64,000 nucleotides of DNA, from assembly GCF_040111675.1 (NCBI RefSeq), contig NZ_CP157794.1, positions 4,694,444 to 4,758,443 of the forward strand. Reading direction: 5' to 3'. Positions 17,518 through 26,020 of this stretch are shown one piece after another. Numbering within the stretch: the stretch's first letter is position 1; each line of letters starts with the position of its first letter. The position numbers and the translations under genes are program-made. The DNA comes from Salinarimonas sp. Its GTDB lineage: Bacteria > Pseudomonadota > Alphaproteobacteria > Rhizobiales > Beijerinckiaceae. The notes beneath the pieces are model-generated. The model ran no database searches, was not told where the DNA came from, and was given only the letters and a program-made list of their open reading frames with translations.

Positions 17518-18992
17518 CGGGCGCCGACATCGCCGCCGGGCTCGCCGCCGCGCTCGCGCTCGAGCATCTCGGCTACGCCTTCGCCGGCGCGTTCCTCGGC
17601 ACGCTGGTGGGCGTGCTGCCGGGCCTCGGGCCGGTGGCGACGGTGGCGCTGCTCCTGCCGACGACCTTCTTGCTGCCGCCGGCGGGCTCGCTGATCATGC
17701 TGGCCGGCATCTATTACGGCGCCCAGTACGGCTCCTCGACGACGGCGATCCTGCTCAACGTGCCGGGCGAAGCCTCCGGTGCGATCACCGCGGTCTCCGG
17801 CCACAAGCTCGCGCGGGAGGGCCGCGCGGTCGAGGCGCTCGCCGTCGCGACGCTGGCCTCGGCCGTGGCGGGGATCCTGTCGGCGCTCGTGCTGGCGATC
17901 GCGACGCCGGCGCTGGCGCAGGCCTCGCTCGCCGTGGGGTCGGCCGACGTCGCGGCGATGATGTTGCTCGCCTGCGTGCTCGCCGTCGTTCTGTCCGCCG
18001 CCCCGCTCGCGCGCGGCTTCGCCATGCTGGGGCTCGGCGGGTTGCTGGGCCTCGTCGGGACGCCTGGGCCCGACGGGCTGCCGCGCTTCACCTTCGGCCT
18101 GAGGGCGCTCTTCGACGGCATCGGCTTCGTGCCGCTCGTCGTCGGCCTGTTCGGACTGTCGGAGGCGCTGGCCCTCGCCGCGCGCGGAAGCGGCGGCGGC
18201 GCGGTGGCGCGGATCGCGCGCTGGTGGCCCGGCGCGGCGGCGATCCGCGGCTGGGCCGCGCCGGCGCTGCGCGGCTCGCTGGTCGGCGCCGCCATCGGCC
18301 TCGTCCCCGGCGCGACGACCCTCGTCTCGGCATTCGCCGCGTGGTCGCTCGAGAAGCGCGTCTCCCGGCACAAGCCCGAGACGCGCCGCGACATCGCCGG
18401 GGTGGCCGCGCCGGAGGCCGCCAACAACGCCAGCGCCCAGACCGGCTTCGTCGCCATGTTCGGGCTCGGCATCCCCTCCAACGCCGTCACCGCCGTGCTG
18501 GTGGGGGCGATGATGATCCACGGCCTGCCGCCGGGGCCGGCGCTGATGGACCGCGAGCCGACCCTGTTCTGGACCTTCGTCGGCTCGATGCTGATCGCGA
18601 ACCTGATGCTCGTCGTCCTCAACCTGCCCCTCGTCGGCCTGTGGGCGCGCCTCGTCACGGTGCCGCCGCTGTGGCTCGTGCCGGGCATCGTCCTCGTCTC
18701 GGGCGTGGGCGTGCTCGCGAGCGGCGGACTCGCCTTCGACGTGGTGCTCCTCGCGGTCTTCGGCGGGTTCGGCTACGCGCTGCGCCGCACGGGCTTCCCG
18801 CTCCTGCCGCTCCTCGTCGGCTTCGTGCTCGCGCCGATCTTCGAGGATCACCTGCGCCGCGCCCTCGCGCACGCCCGCGGCGATCTCGCCGCGCTCGCGA
18901 GCGAGCCCATCGCCGCCGTGCTCGGCGCGACGGCGGCTTTGGTCCTGGTGCTCGTTCTCGTGCGCCGCGCGCGCGGCATTCCGGGTCGGTGA
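17514..18992 (+). CDS. tctA: tripartite tricarboxylate transporter large permease (TctA family)
   Basis: ATG 17514 within ORF 17064-18992 (MTGADIAAGLAAALALEHLGYAFAGAFLGTLVGVLPGLGP...). 492 aa with the TctA pattern. Confidence 0.9.
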   Translation: MTGADIAAGLAAALALEHLGYAFAGAFLGTLVGVLPGLGPVATVALLLPTTFLLPPAGSLIMLAGIYYGAQYGSSTTAILLNVPGEASGAITAVSGHKLAREGRAVEALAVATLASAVAGILSALVLAIATPALAQASLAVGSADVAAMMLLACVLAVVLSAAPLARGFAMLGLGGLLGLVGTPGPDGLPRFTFGLRALFDGIGFVPLVVGLFGLSEALALAARGSGGGAVARIARWWPGAAAIRGWAAPALRGSLVGAAIGLVPGATTLVSAFAAWSLEKRVSRHKPETRRDIAGVAAPEAANNASAQTGFVAMFGLGIPSNAVTAVLVGAMMIHGLPPGPALMDREPTLFWTFVGSMLIANLMLVVLNLPLVGLWARLVTVPPLWLVPGIVLVSGVGVLASGGLAFDVVLLAVFGGFGYALRRTGFPLLPLLVGFVLAPIFEDHLRRALAHARGDLAALASEPIAAVLGATAALVLVLVLVRRARGIPGR

Positions 18993-19254
18993 GGGGCTGT
19001 CGGCAGTCCCCCATCCTGGTCACATGACGCTACGGCACTCTCGAGTGTCGAACCTGCAGATCGGCTGTCCGCGTCAGGGTAAGGGTGACGTCGGCATCGC
19101 GGCGAGATTGGATGCCTCGTAGGGAACCAGACTTGGAAGACGGTAACCCGCGGCCTGATCCGGCATGGATCGAGTCTAAACTGGACGAGAACCATCCCAC
19201 CCGCGTTTTGTAAAAGCATAGCCGCCATTCTCTACGGAATATACGGAGCTTGAT

Positions 19255-19276
19255 TTTCCGATTTGTTCATCGGAAA
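19255..19276. promoter_or_regulatory. perfect inverted repeat TTTCCGAT-N6-ATCGGAAA
   Basis: 8-bp arms at 19255-19262 and 19269-19276, 66-87 nt upstream of the GTG 19342 operon start. It sits inside a 350-nt lower-GC intergenic region. Confidence 0.35.
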
Positions 19277-19341
19277 GTTCGACCAGCAGAGCCGGCGCGT
19301 GCAGGGACGCGAATGATGACCGAGGCGAAGGGCGGACGGCC

Positions 19342-19983
19342 GTGACGTCGCGCGCAGAGCTCCGCCGGGGAGCGGATCGGACGAAGACGAACGAGCCCCG
19401 CAGGCTGCGGTCGCGCACGCTCGCGCTGCTGCTCGTCGGAGCGGCGCTCGCCGGCGCGGCCGGCGGTGTCTTCGCCCTGACCGCGCCGGAGCGCACGGCT
19501 GCGACGCAGCCGGCGACGGCGCCGGGCCTGCCCGCGATGACGCCGGAGCAGGCGGCGGCGGGAGCGCATCGCCTCGGCCCCGCCCTCCTCGGCGGCGTCT
19601 ACGAGGCGTTCGGGGAGACCGAGGAAGGCGCGATCTACGAGCGGCTCTCCACGGTGGCGCACGGCGCCGCGCTGGAGGCGCTCTACCTCGAGCGCGCGGG
19701 CGCCATGGCGGGCGGCGGCCTCGCGGCCTCGCAGCAGGAGGTCCATCTCGTTCGCATGATCGCGGTCGAGACGCGCCGCGACGGCGACCGCCTGATCATG
19801 GACGCCGTCTTCGACGTGATCGGAAGCGTGGGCCACGACGATCACATCCATGTCCGCGGCAACCGCTACGGCGCGGCGCTCACCGTCGCGCCCGCCGGCG
19901 GGGCCTGGAAGATCGCCGCGTTCGCGCTGACGGAGGTGGACCGCTCGGGCGCCGGAGAGCGGGTGGAGGCCGATCACCCGTGA
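19342..19983 (+). CDS. membrane-anchored hypothetical protein (first gene of the FtsX-type ABC operon)
   Basis: 213-aa ORF (GTG start) with one N-terminal TM segment (TLALLLVGAALAGAAGGVFAL) and a soluble domain of unknown family. A GTGA overlap links it to the next gene. Confidence 0.6.
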   Translation: MTSRAELRRGADRTKTNEPRRLRSRTLALLLVGAALAGAAGGVFALTAPERTAATQPATAPGLPAMTPEQAAAGAHRLGPALLGGVYEAFGETEEGAIYERLSTVAHGAALEALYLERAGAMAGGGLAASQQEVHLVRMIAVETRRDGDRLIMDAVFDVIGSVGHDDHIHVRGNRYGAALTVAPAGGAWKIAAFALTEVDRSGAGERVEADHP

Positions 19984-20642
19984 TCGCGCTCCACGACGTC
20001 GGCTTCGCCTACCCGGACGGGCGCTTTCGCCTGCCGGTCCGCTCCCTGGAGGTCGCCGCGGGCGAGCGGCTGGCCGTGGTGGGGCCGAGCGGCACGGGCA
20101 AGACCACGCTCCTGTCGCTGATCGCCGGGCTTCTGCGGCCCGCGACCGGGCGCATCCAGGTCGCGGGCGCCGATCTGGGCCGGCTCCCGGAGGCGGCGCT
20201 GCGACGCTTCCGAGCCGAGACGATCGGGCTCGTCTGCCAGGATTTCGCGCTGCTGGACTACCTCACGGTGCGCGAGAACATCCTCTATCCGTTTCGCGTC
20301 GTCCCCTCCCTGCGGCTCGACGCGGAGGCGCGCGCCCGCGCCGAGGCGCTGGCGGAGGGGTGCGGGCTCGCCGACCTGCTCGATCGCCGTCCCGGCCGGC
20401 TCAGCCGCGGCGAGCAGCAGCGCGTCGCGATCTGCCGCGCGCTGGCGACGCGCCCGCGCATCGTCCTGGCCGACGAGGCGACCGGCAATCTCGACCCTCA
20501 GACCAAGGAACGGATCCTCGACCTGTTGCTCGACCGGGCCGCGGCCTCGGGGGCGACCGTCGTGGCGGTGACGCACGATCACGGGCTGCTGCACCGCTTC
20601 GGCCGCGTGGTCGACCTGTCCGCGTCGAGGGCCGCGGCATGA
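19980..20642 (+). CDS. ABC transporter ATP-binding protein (LolD/MacB/FtsE-like)
   Basis: 220-aa ORF with Walker [10 protein letters not shown], signature LSRGEQQRV and Walker [11 protein letters not shown]. Confidence 0.9.
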   Translation: MIALHDVGFAYPDGRFRLPVRSLEVAAGERLAVVGPSGTGKTTLLSLIAGLLRPATGRIQVAGADLGRLPEAALRRFRAETIGLVCQDFALLDYLTVRENILYPFRVVPSLRLDAEARARAEALAEGCGLADLLDRRPGRLSRGEQQRVAICRALATRPRIVLADEATGNLDPQTKERILDLLLDRAAASGATVVAVTHDHGLLHRFGRVVDLSASRAAA

Positions 20643-21799
20643 GCGCGCTCTTCCTCGCCACGGCCTACCTGCGGTTCCACTGGGGGCGCAGCCTCGTCGT
20701 GATCGTCAGCGCGGCGCTGATCCTCCTCGTCCCGGCCGCGACCCACCTCCTGCTCGGCTCCGCCGAGCGCGCGCTGACCGCCCGGGCGGAGGCGACGCCG
20801 CTCCTCCTCGCCAGCCGAGGGAGCGCGCTCGACGCGACCATGGCCGCCTTGTACTTCACGGCGGACCGTCCCGAGCCGCTGCCCATGCGCGAGGTGGACG
20901 CGATCCGGGACGGCGGCCTCGCCGTGCCGATCCCGCTCCACACCGCCTTCGAGGCGCGCGGGCGGCGCATCGTGGGCACCACGCTCGACTATTTCGAGCT
21001 GCGCGGCCTCGACATCGCCGAAGGCCGGGGCCTCGCGCTGCTGGGCGAGGCCGTCGTCGGCGCGGACGCGGCGGCGGCGCTCGCCCTCGGCCCCGGCGAC
21101 ACGCTCGTCTCGACGCCGAACACCCTGTTCGACCTCGACGGCGCCTATCCGCTGGAGATGCCGATCGTCGGCGTGCTGGCCCGCCGCGGCACGCCCGACG
21201 ACGAGGCGGTCTTCGTCGACCTGAAGACGGCCTGGGTGATCGCCGGCCTCGGCCACGGCCATGCCGATCCGCGGACGGGGGAGGATGCCGGCGCGCCGCC
21301 TGCGACGGCGTATCGGCGCATCACGCCGGAGACGATCGAGAGCTTCCACTTCCACGGCGATCGCGGCGCCTATCCGGTTACCGCGGCCATCGTGGCGCCG
21401 CGCGACGCCCGGGCGGCCACGATCCTCCAGGGCCGCTATCTCGATCCGGACGGCGGGGCGCAGCTGATCCGGCCGGACCGCGTGGCGCAGAGCCTCGTCG
21501 AGCGCGTCCTGCGCATCCGCCCGGTCCTCGACGCGGTGACGGCGATCGTCGCGGCGGCGGCGACGGCGGCGATCGCGCTCGCGCTGCATCTCTCCTACAG
21601 GCTCCGGGCGCCCGAGGTCGCGACGGCCGTGAGGCTCGGCGCGTCACGCGGATCGGTGCTGCGGCTGCTGGCGGTCGAGACCGCCCTGCTGCTCGGCTGC
21701 GCCGCGATCCTGGCCGGGGCGGCGACGCTCGCGCTCGGCCGTCACGCCGAGGCCGCGACGGCCTGGCTGCTCGCCCTCGGCCCGTCGTCGACGATCTGA
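20639..21799 (+). CDS. FtsX/MacB-type ABC transporter permease
   Basis: ATG 20639 (ATGA overlap) within ORF 20360-21799. It has an N-terminal TM, a large periplasmic domain and a C-terminal FtsX three-TM block. Confidence 0.85.
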   Translation: MSALFLATAYLRFHWGRSLVVIVSAALILLVPAATHLLLGSAERALTARAEATPLLLASRGSALDATMAALYFTADRPEPLPMREVDAIRDGGLAVPIPLHTAFEARGRRIVGTTLDYFELRGLDIAEGRGLALLGEAVVGADAAAALALGPGDTLVSTPNTLFDLDGAYPLEMPIVGVLARRGTPDDEAVFVDLKTAWVIAGLGHGHADPRTGEDAGAPPATAYRRITPETIESFHFHGDRGAYPVTAAIVAPRDARAATILQGRYLDPDGGAQLIRPDRVAQSLVERVLRIRPVLDAVTAIVAAAATAAIALALHLSYRLRAPEVATAVRLGASRGSVLRLLAVETALLLGCAAILAGAATLALGRHAEAATAWLLALGPSSTI

Positions 21800-21811
21800 A
21801 AGGACCGCGCC

Positions 21812-22156
21812 ATGACACGAACGCTCCTCGCCGCCTGCGCCCTCTCCTCGGCCCTCGCCTGGGCCGCGCCGGCGCACGCGCACGGGCTCGACCTCGCCGT
21901 TTCCGTCGATTGCGAGGCGATCCGGGTCGAGGCGTCGTTCGCCGGCGGCCGGCCCGCCGGCGACGGCGAGGTGCGGCTGCGGGACGGCGCGAACGCGCTC
22001 CTCGCCACCGTCGCGCTCGCCTCCGACGGAACGGCGGCGATCCCCCTCGACCGGCTCGACGCGAGCGGCGGCTTCGTCGTCGAGGTCGAGACGAGCGGCC
22101 ACGGCGACTACCGCATCCTGACGCCCGAGGACGTCGCGCGCGCATGCCCGCGCTGA
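21812..22156 (+). CDS. small periplasmic protein, unknown family
   Basis: 114-aa ORF with a signal peptide (ACALSSALAWAAPAHAHG) and a beta-rich sequence. Confidence 0.6.
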   Translation: MTRTLLAACALSSALAWAAPAHAHGLDLAVSVDCEAIRVEASFAGGRPAGDGEVRLRDGANALLATVALASDGTAAIPLDRLDASGGFVVEVETSGHGDYRILTPEDVARACPR

Positions 22157-23040
22157 CCCGAGCCCTCCTCGCCGTCGCGGCCGCGCTCGCGCTCGCCACC
22201 ACGGCGCCCGCAGCGGAGCGCCCGCGGGTCGTCGCGGTGAACTATCCGCTGGCCTATTTCGCCGAGCGGCTGGCGGGGGACGCCGCAGAGGTCGTCCTCC
22301 CCGTGCCGCAGGGCGTCGACCCGGCGTTCTGGCGACCGGGCATCGCCGACATCCAGGCGATCCAGGCAGCCGACCTGATCCTCCTCAACGGCGCCGGCTT
22401 CGCCGCCTGGACGGAGCGCGTCTCGCTCCCGCAGGCGCGCGTCGTCGACACGTCCCGCGCCTTCGCGGACCGGCTGATCGAGACCGAGACGATCCTGCAC
22501 AGCCACGGCCCGGACGGGATGCACGCGCATGCCGGCGTCGCCTCCTTCACGTGGCTCGACCAGGAGCAGGCGCTCCTCCAGGCCGAGGCGGTCGCGGCCG
22601 CGCTGCGCGACCGGGGCCTGGCGCCGGAGGCGGATCTCGCGCCCCATCTCGCGGCGTTGGCCGACGACCTGCGCGCGCTCGACGTCGCCGGCGACCGCAT
22701 CGCGGCGCGTGCCGAGGGGGCCGTCCTCGTCGCGACCCATCCCCGCTACCAGTATCTCGCCCGCGCCTACGGCCTCACCGTCCACGCGCTCGAGTGGGAG
22801 CCGGGGGTGGCGCCCGATCCCGCGCAGCTGGCCGCTCTGGCAGCGCTCGCCGGCGAGACCGATGCGACGATCCTCCTGTGGGAGGCCCCTCCCCCCGCCG
22901 AGGCGCGCGCCGACGTGCAGGCGCTCGGTCTCGCCGACGTGGTCTTCCCCACGCTCGCCCGGCCGGCGCCGGAGGGCTACGTCGCGGCGCTCTCCGCCGC
23001 CTTCGCCGGCCTCGAGGCAGCGCTCGCCGCCGCACCATGA
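22144..23040 (+). CDS. metal ABC transporter substrate-binding protein (ZnuA/TroA, cluster A-I) with His-rich loop
   Basis: ATG 22144 within ORF 21910-23040. It has a signal peptide, the ZnuA pattern (VVAVNYPLAYFAERL...ADLILLNGAGF...THPRYQYLARAYGL) and the loop LHSHGPDGMHAHAG. Confidence 0.85.
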   Translation: MPALTRALLAVAAALALATTAPAAERPRVVAVNYPLAYFAERLAGDAAEVVLPVPQGVDPAFWRPGIADIQAIQAADLILLNGAGFAAWTERVSLPQARVVDTSRAFADRLIETETILHSHGPDGMHAHAGVASFTWLDQEQALLQAEAVAAALRDRGLAPEADLAPHLAALADDLRALDVAGDRIAARAEGAVLVATHPRYQYLARAYGLTVHALEWEPGVAPDPAQLAALAALAGETDATILLWEAPPPAEARADVQALGLADVVFPTLARPAPEGYVAALSAAFAGLEAALAAAP

Positions 23041-23190
23041 CGCGTGCATCGGGCGCTGGGCCGCCCGGACCCGCCCCGCCGGCCCGCGCGGAGCGTCACG
23101 CCCGACCGTTCCGCGTCGAACAACGGCGCGACCTGACGTAGAACTTGAACGCTCCGGGAGCAGTAAATCCAGATAATCCAAGTTGAACAC

Positions 23191-23209
23191 ATTCCAAACT
23201 AGAGTATTT
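23191..23209 (+). repeat. 19-nt AT-rich motif ATTCCAAACTAGAGTATTT (copy 2)
   Basis: 17/19 identical to 12692-12710. It lies 147-165 nt upstream of the family-5 binding-protein gene. Confidence 0.5.
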
Positions 23210-23355
23210 CTTTGTCCTTGTCGACGATATATGCTTGTCTTTCGATGAATACTTTGTGATCCTCTCGCGCCGTCGGGGTCCGTCTCGCGACCCCGCCCCC
23301 ATGCCCGGGCCGCGCGCAGCGGCCCGCGACGTCTGCTTCAAGACCGGAGGCGCTC

Positions 23356-25047
23356 ATGGCCCGCTCGGCCCCTCTCGCTTTGACCCTCTCCCTGATGACC
23401 GCCGTCGCCGCCGGTCCCGCCCTGGCGCAGTCGCTCGCGCCCGGCGAATCCGGCAACCGGCTGGAGCCGGCGCGCTACGTCAGCGAGGCCGTCAACGACG
23501 GGCCCAAGGCGGCCGATCGCCTGACGCTGGGGATGTGGGTCGCGGCGGGCAACGTCACGACCTACACGATCGGCAACAGCTGGAACGACTGGGTGCTCTG
23601 GCTCGTCTACGACAAGCTGCGCGAGCCCTCGCCCTATGTCGGCAATTCCCAGGACTGGCTGGCGACCCGGGTGGAGCAGGTCAGCGACGACGCCCGCGTC
23701 TGGGAGATCGCGTTGCGCGACGGGATCACCTGGCACGACGGCACGCCCTTCACCGCCGAGGACGTCGCCTTCACCTTCGAATACTACCGTGAAGGCCCCC
23801 CCAACCGCTGGACGCACCACGCCTCGTCGGTGCCGCGGATGGTCGGCATCGAGGTCGTCGACCGGCTCACCGTGCGTCTCACCGCCGAGAAGCCGATGCC
23901 GAACTTCGACCGGATCACGGCGGCGGACCTGCCGATCATCCAGAAGGCGCAATGGGAGGGCGTTGAGGAGCCCCGCTCGTTCGAGGAGCTGCCCGTCGGC
24001 ACCGGGCCCTACCGCCTCGTCGCCTACGAGGCGGACCGCTTCTATCGCTTCGAGGCGAACGAGGACTACTGGAAGGGCGCGCCGGTGGTGAAGAACCTCG
24101 ACCTGGTGATGATCAAGGATCCCCAGACGATGTTCACCGCGCTCAAGACCGGCGAGATCGACGGCGCGGCGCGGCCCGTCCCGCCCGAGCTCGTGCGGGA
24201 GTGGCGGGACGATCCCGACCTCGAGATGATCTCCGCGCCGACGCTGTGGGGCGCCTGGCTCGACCTCAACGTCCAGCGCCCGCCCTTCGACGACCGCGAG
24301 CTGCGGCGCGCCGTCACGCTGGCCGTGGACACCGCGCCGATGCTGGAGCGGGTCATGCTCGGCCAGGGCAAGCCCGGCACCCATTCCTGGCCGCATGTCG
24401 ACAGCTTCTGGACGAAGCCCGACCTCCACGCCGGCTACGACCCCGCCTCGGCCGCGGCGATCCTCGACGCCGAGGGCTACGTCGACGCCGACGGCGACGG
24501 GACGCGCGACTATCCCGACGGCTCCCCGCTGACGCTCGATCTCAAGGTCGCCTCGAACCAGCCGCTGTTCCTGCGCGCCGCCGAGATGGTCGACGCGCAG
24601 CTCGCCGAGGTCGGCCTGCGGGTGGACGTCGAATCGGTCGACCCCGGCACGCTCGCCGCGCTCTGGCGGGGCGGCGACTTCAATCTGCGGATCGCCGACA
24701 TCACGCCGCACGGCATCGCCGACCAGGACATGCTGATCATCCTCTACCGGGGCGACCGGGGCCGCGAGCCGACGGTCGACGAGGAGAAGGCGGCCATCGT
24801 CGAGCGCTGGCTCGACGCCGAGACCCGGGAGGAGCGCCTGGCCATCAGCTACGAGCTGCAGGAATACCAGACGCGCTATCCCAATCGCGTGATGCTCTGG
24901 TACCCGGAATCGACCTTCGCCTACCGTTGGGAGAGCTTCGACGCCTACGTGCCGTCGGCCGGCTACGGCATCTTCCACAAGTACTCCTTCCTGCCGCAGG
25001 AGGTGCGCGAGGCCATCGCCGATCCGATGCTGCCGGCCGGCCAGTGA
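23356..25047 (+). CDS. ABC transporter substrate-binding protein, family 5 (peptide/nickel/opine type)
   Basis: 563-aa ORF with an RBS GGAGG at 23346-23350, a signal peptide and the SBP_bac_5 pattern (ITWHDGTPFTAEDVAFTF...PVGTGPYRLV...). Confidence 0.9.
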   Translation: MARSAPLALTLSLMTAVAAGPALAQSLAPGESGNRLEPARYVSEAVNDGPKAADRLTLGMWVAAGNVTTYTIGNSWNDWVLWLVYDKLREPSPYVGNSQDWLATRVEQVSDDARVWEIALRDGITWHDGTPFTAEDVAFTFEYYREGPPNRWTHHASSVPRMVGIEVVDRLTVRLTAEKPMPNFDRITAADLPIIQKAQWEGVEEPRSFEELPVGTGPYRLVAYEADRFYRFEANEDYWKGAPVVKNLDLVMIKDPQTMFTALKTGEIDGAARPVPPELVREWRDDPDLEMISAPTLWGAWLDLNVQRPPFDDRELRRAVTLAVDTAPMLERVMLGQGKPGTHSWPHVDSFWTKPDLHAGYDPASAAAILDAEGYVDADGDGTRDYPDGSPLTLDLKVASNQPLFLRAAEMVDAQLAEVGLRVDVESVDPGTLAALWRGGDFNLRIADITPHGIADQDMLIILYRGDRGREPTVDEEKAAIVERWLDAETREERLAISYELQEYQTRYPNRVMLWYPESTFAYRWESFDAYVPSAGYGIFHKYSFLPQEVREAIADPMLPAGQ

Positions 25048-25054
25048 GGCGTCC

Positions 25055-26020
25055 GTGGTCTGGCTGCGCATCATCGCCGCCTATGCCGCCGTCCTCGCAC
25101 TCGCGCTGACGCTCAACTTCGCGCTCCCGAGGATGGCGCCGGGCGACCCCCTCGCCTTCCTCCTGCCGGAGGACGTCCTCGCGGAGATGACGCCGGCGGA
25201 GAAGGACCGGGTGCTGGCGGAGTTCGGCCTCGACGATCCGGTCGCCGTCCAGTTCGCGGCCTATGTTGGCGGGGTGGTCACCGGCGATCTCGGCACCTCG
25301 ACCCGCTACGGCGCGCCGGTCTGGGACGTGGTGGCCGGGCGGCTGCCCTGGACGCTCCTGCTCATGGGCTGGGCGCTGGCGCTGTCGGCGGCGCTCGGCA
25401 CGGCGCTCGGCGTCGCGGCGGCGCGCAGCCGGGGCGAGATGAGCGACATCGGCACGACCGTTCTCGTCCTCGCCCTCGGCTCCGCGCCGGTCTTCTGGGT
25501 GGCGATGCTCTTGATCACCCTGTTCTCGGCGAAGCTCGGCTGGCTGCCCTCCTTCGGCGCGGCGCCGCTGATGGCGATCCCCGGCACCTGGGGCTACGTC
25601 GCAGGCGTGGCCGAGCGGCTGATCATGCCCGTCACGGCGCTGACCATCGCGCAGACGGCCGGCGTCTGGCTCACCGCGCGATCGGCCATGGCGGTGGCGC
25701 TCTCGCGCGACTACGTCACCGTGGCGCGGGCCAAGGGCGTGCCCGAGCGCGCGGTGTTCTGGCGCCATGCGCTGCGCAACGCCATGCTGCCGATCTACAC
25801 CAACGTCGCGATCGGGCTCGGCGCCCTCCTCGGCGGCGCGCTCGTCGTCGAGACGGTGTTCTCCTGGCCCGGCATCGGCCAGCTCGTCGTGCAGGGCGTG
25901 GAGGCCCGCGACTACAATCTCCTGCAGGGCGTGTTCCTCGTCGCGACGCTGTCCGTGCTCGCGGCGAACCTGCTCTCCGACCTGACCTATCCCTTCATCG
26001 ACCCGCGGGTGCGGCGATGA
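25055..26020 (+). CDS. ABC transporter permease (DppB/OppB-like)
   Basis: 321-aa ORF (GTG start) with the binding-protein-dependent transport inner-membrane pattern. Confidence 0.9.
   Translation: MVWLRIIAAYAAVLALALTLNFALPRMAPGDPLAFLLPEDVLAEMTPAEKDRVLAEFGLDDPVAVQFAAYVGGVVTGDLGTSTRYGAPVWDVVAGRLPWTLLLMGWALALSAALGTALGVAAARSRGEMSDIGTTVLVLALGSAPVFWVAMLLITLFSAKLGWLPSFGAAPLMAIPGTWGYVAGVAERLIMPVTALTIAQTAGVWLTARSAMAVALSRDYVTVARAKGVPERAVFWRHALRNAMLPIYTNVAIGLGALLGGALVVETVFSWPGIGQLVVQGVEARDYNLLQGVFLVATLSVLAANLLSDLTYPFIDPRVRR

Noticed and set aside
17055-18872. 605-aa minus-strand ORF and other ORFs overlapping tctA
   Set aside because: It is an antisense shadow of tctA with a charged repetitive composition (R/E/D/H-rich) and no domain pattern.
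18993-19341. Possible cobalamin or TPP riboswitch in the long leader
   Set aside because: Only scattered words match (AGGGAA, CCCGC, CCTGATCCGG). The B12 box (GCCACTG), the CUGAGA element and the expected order of elements are missing. It needs a covariance-model scan before any call.
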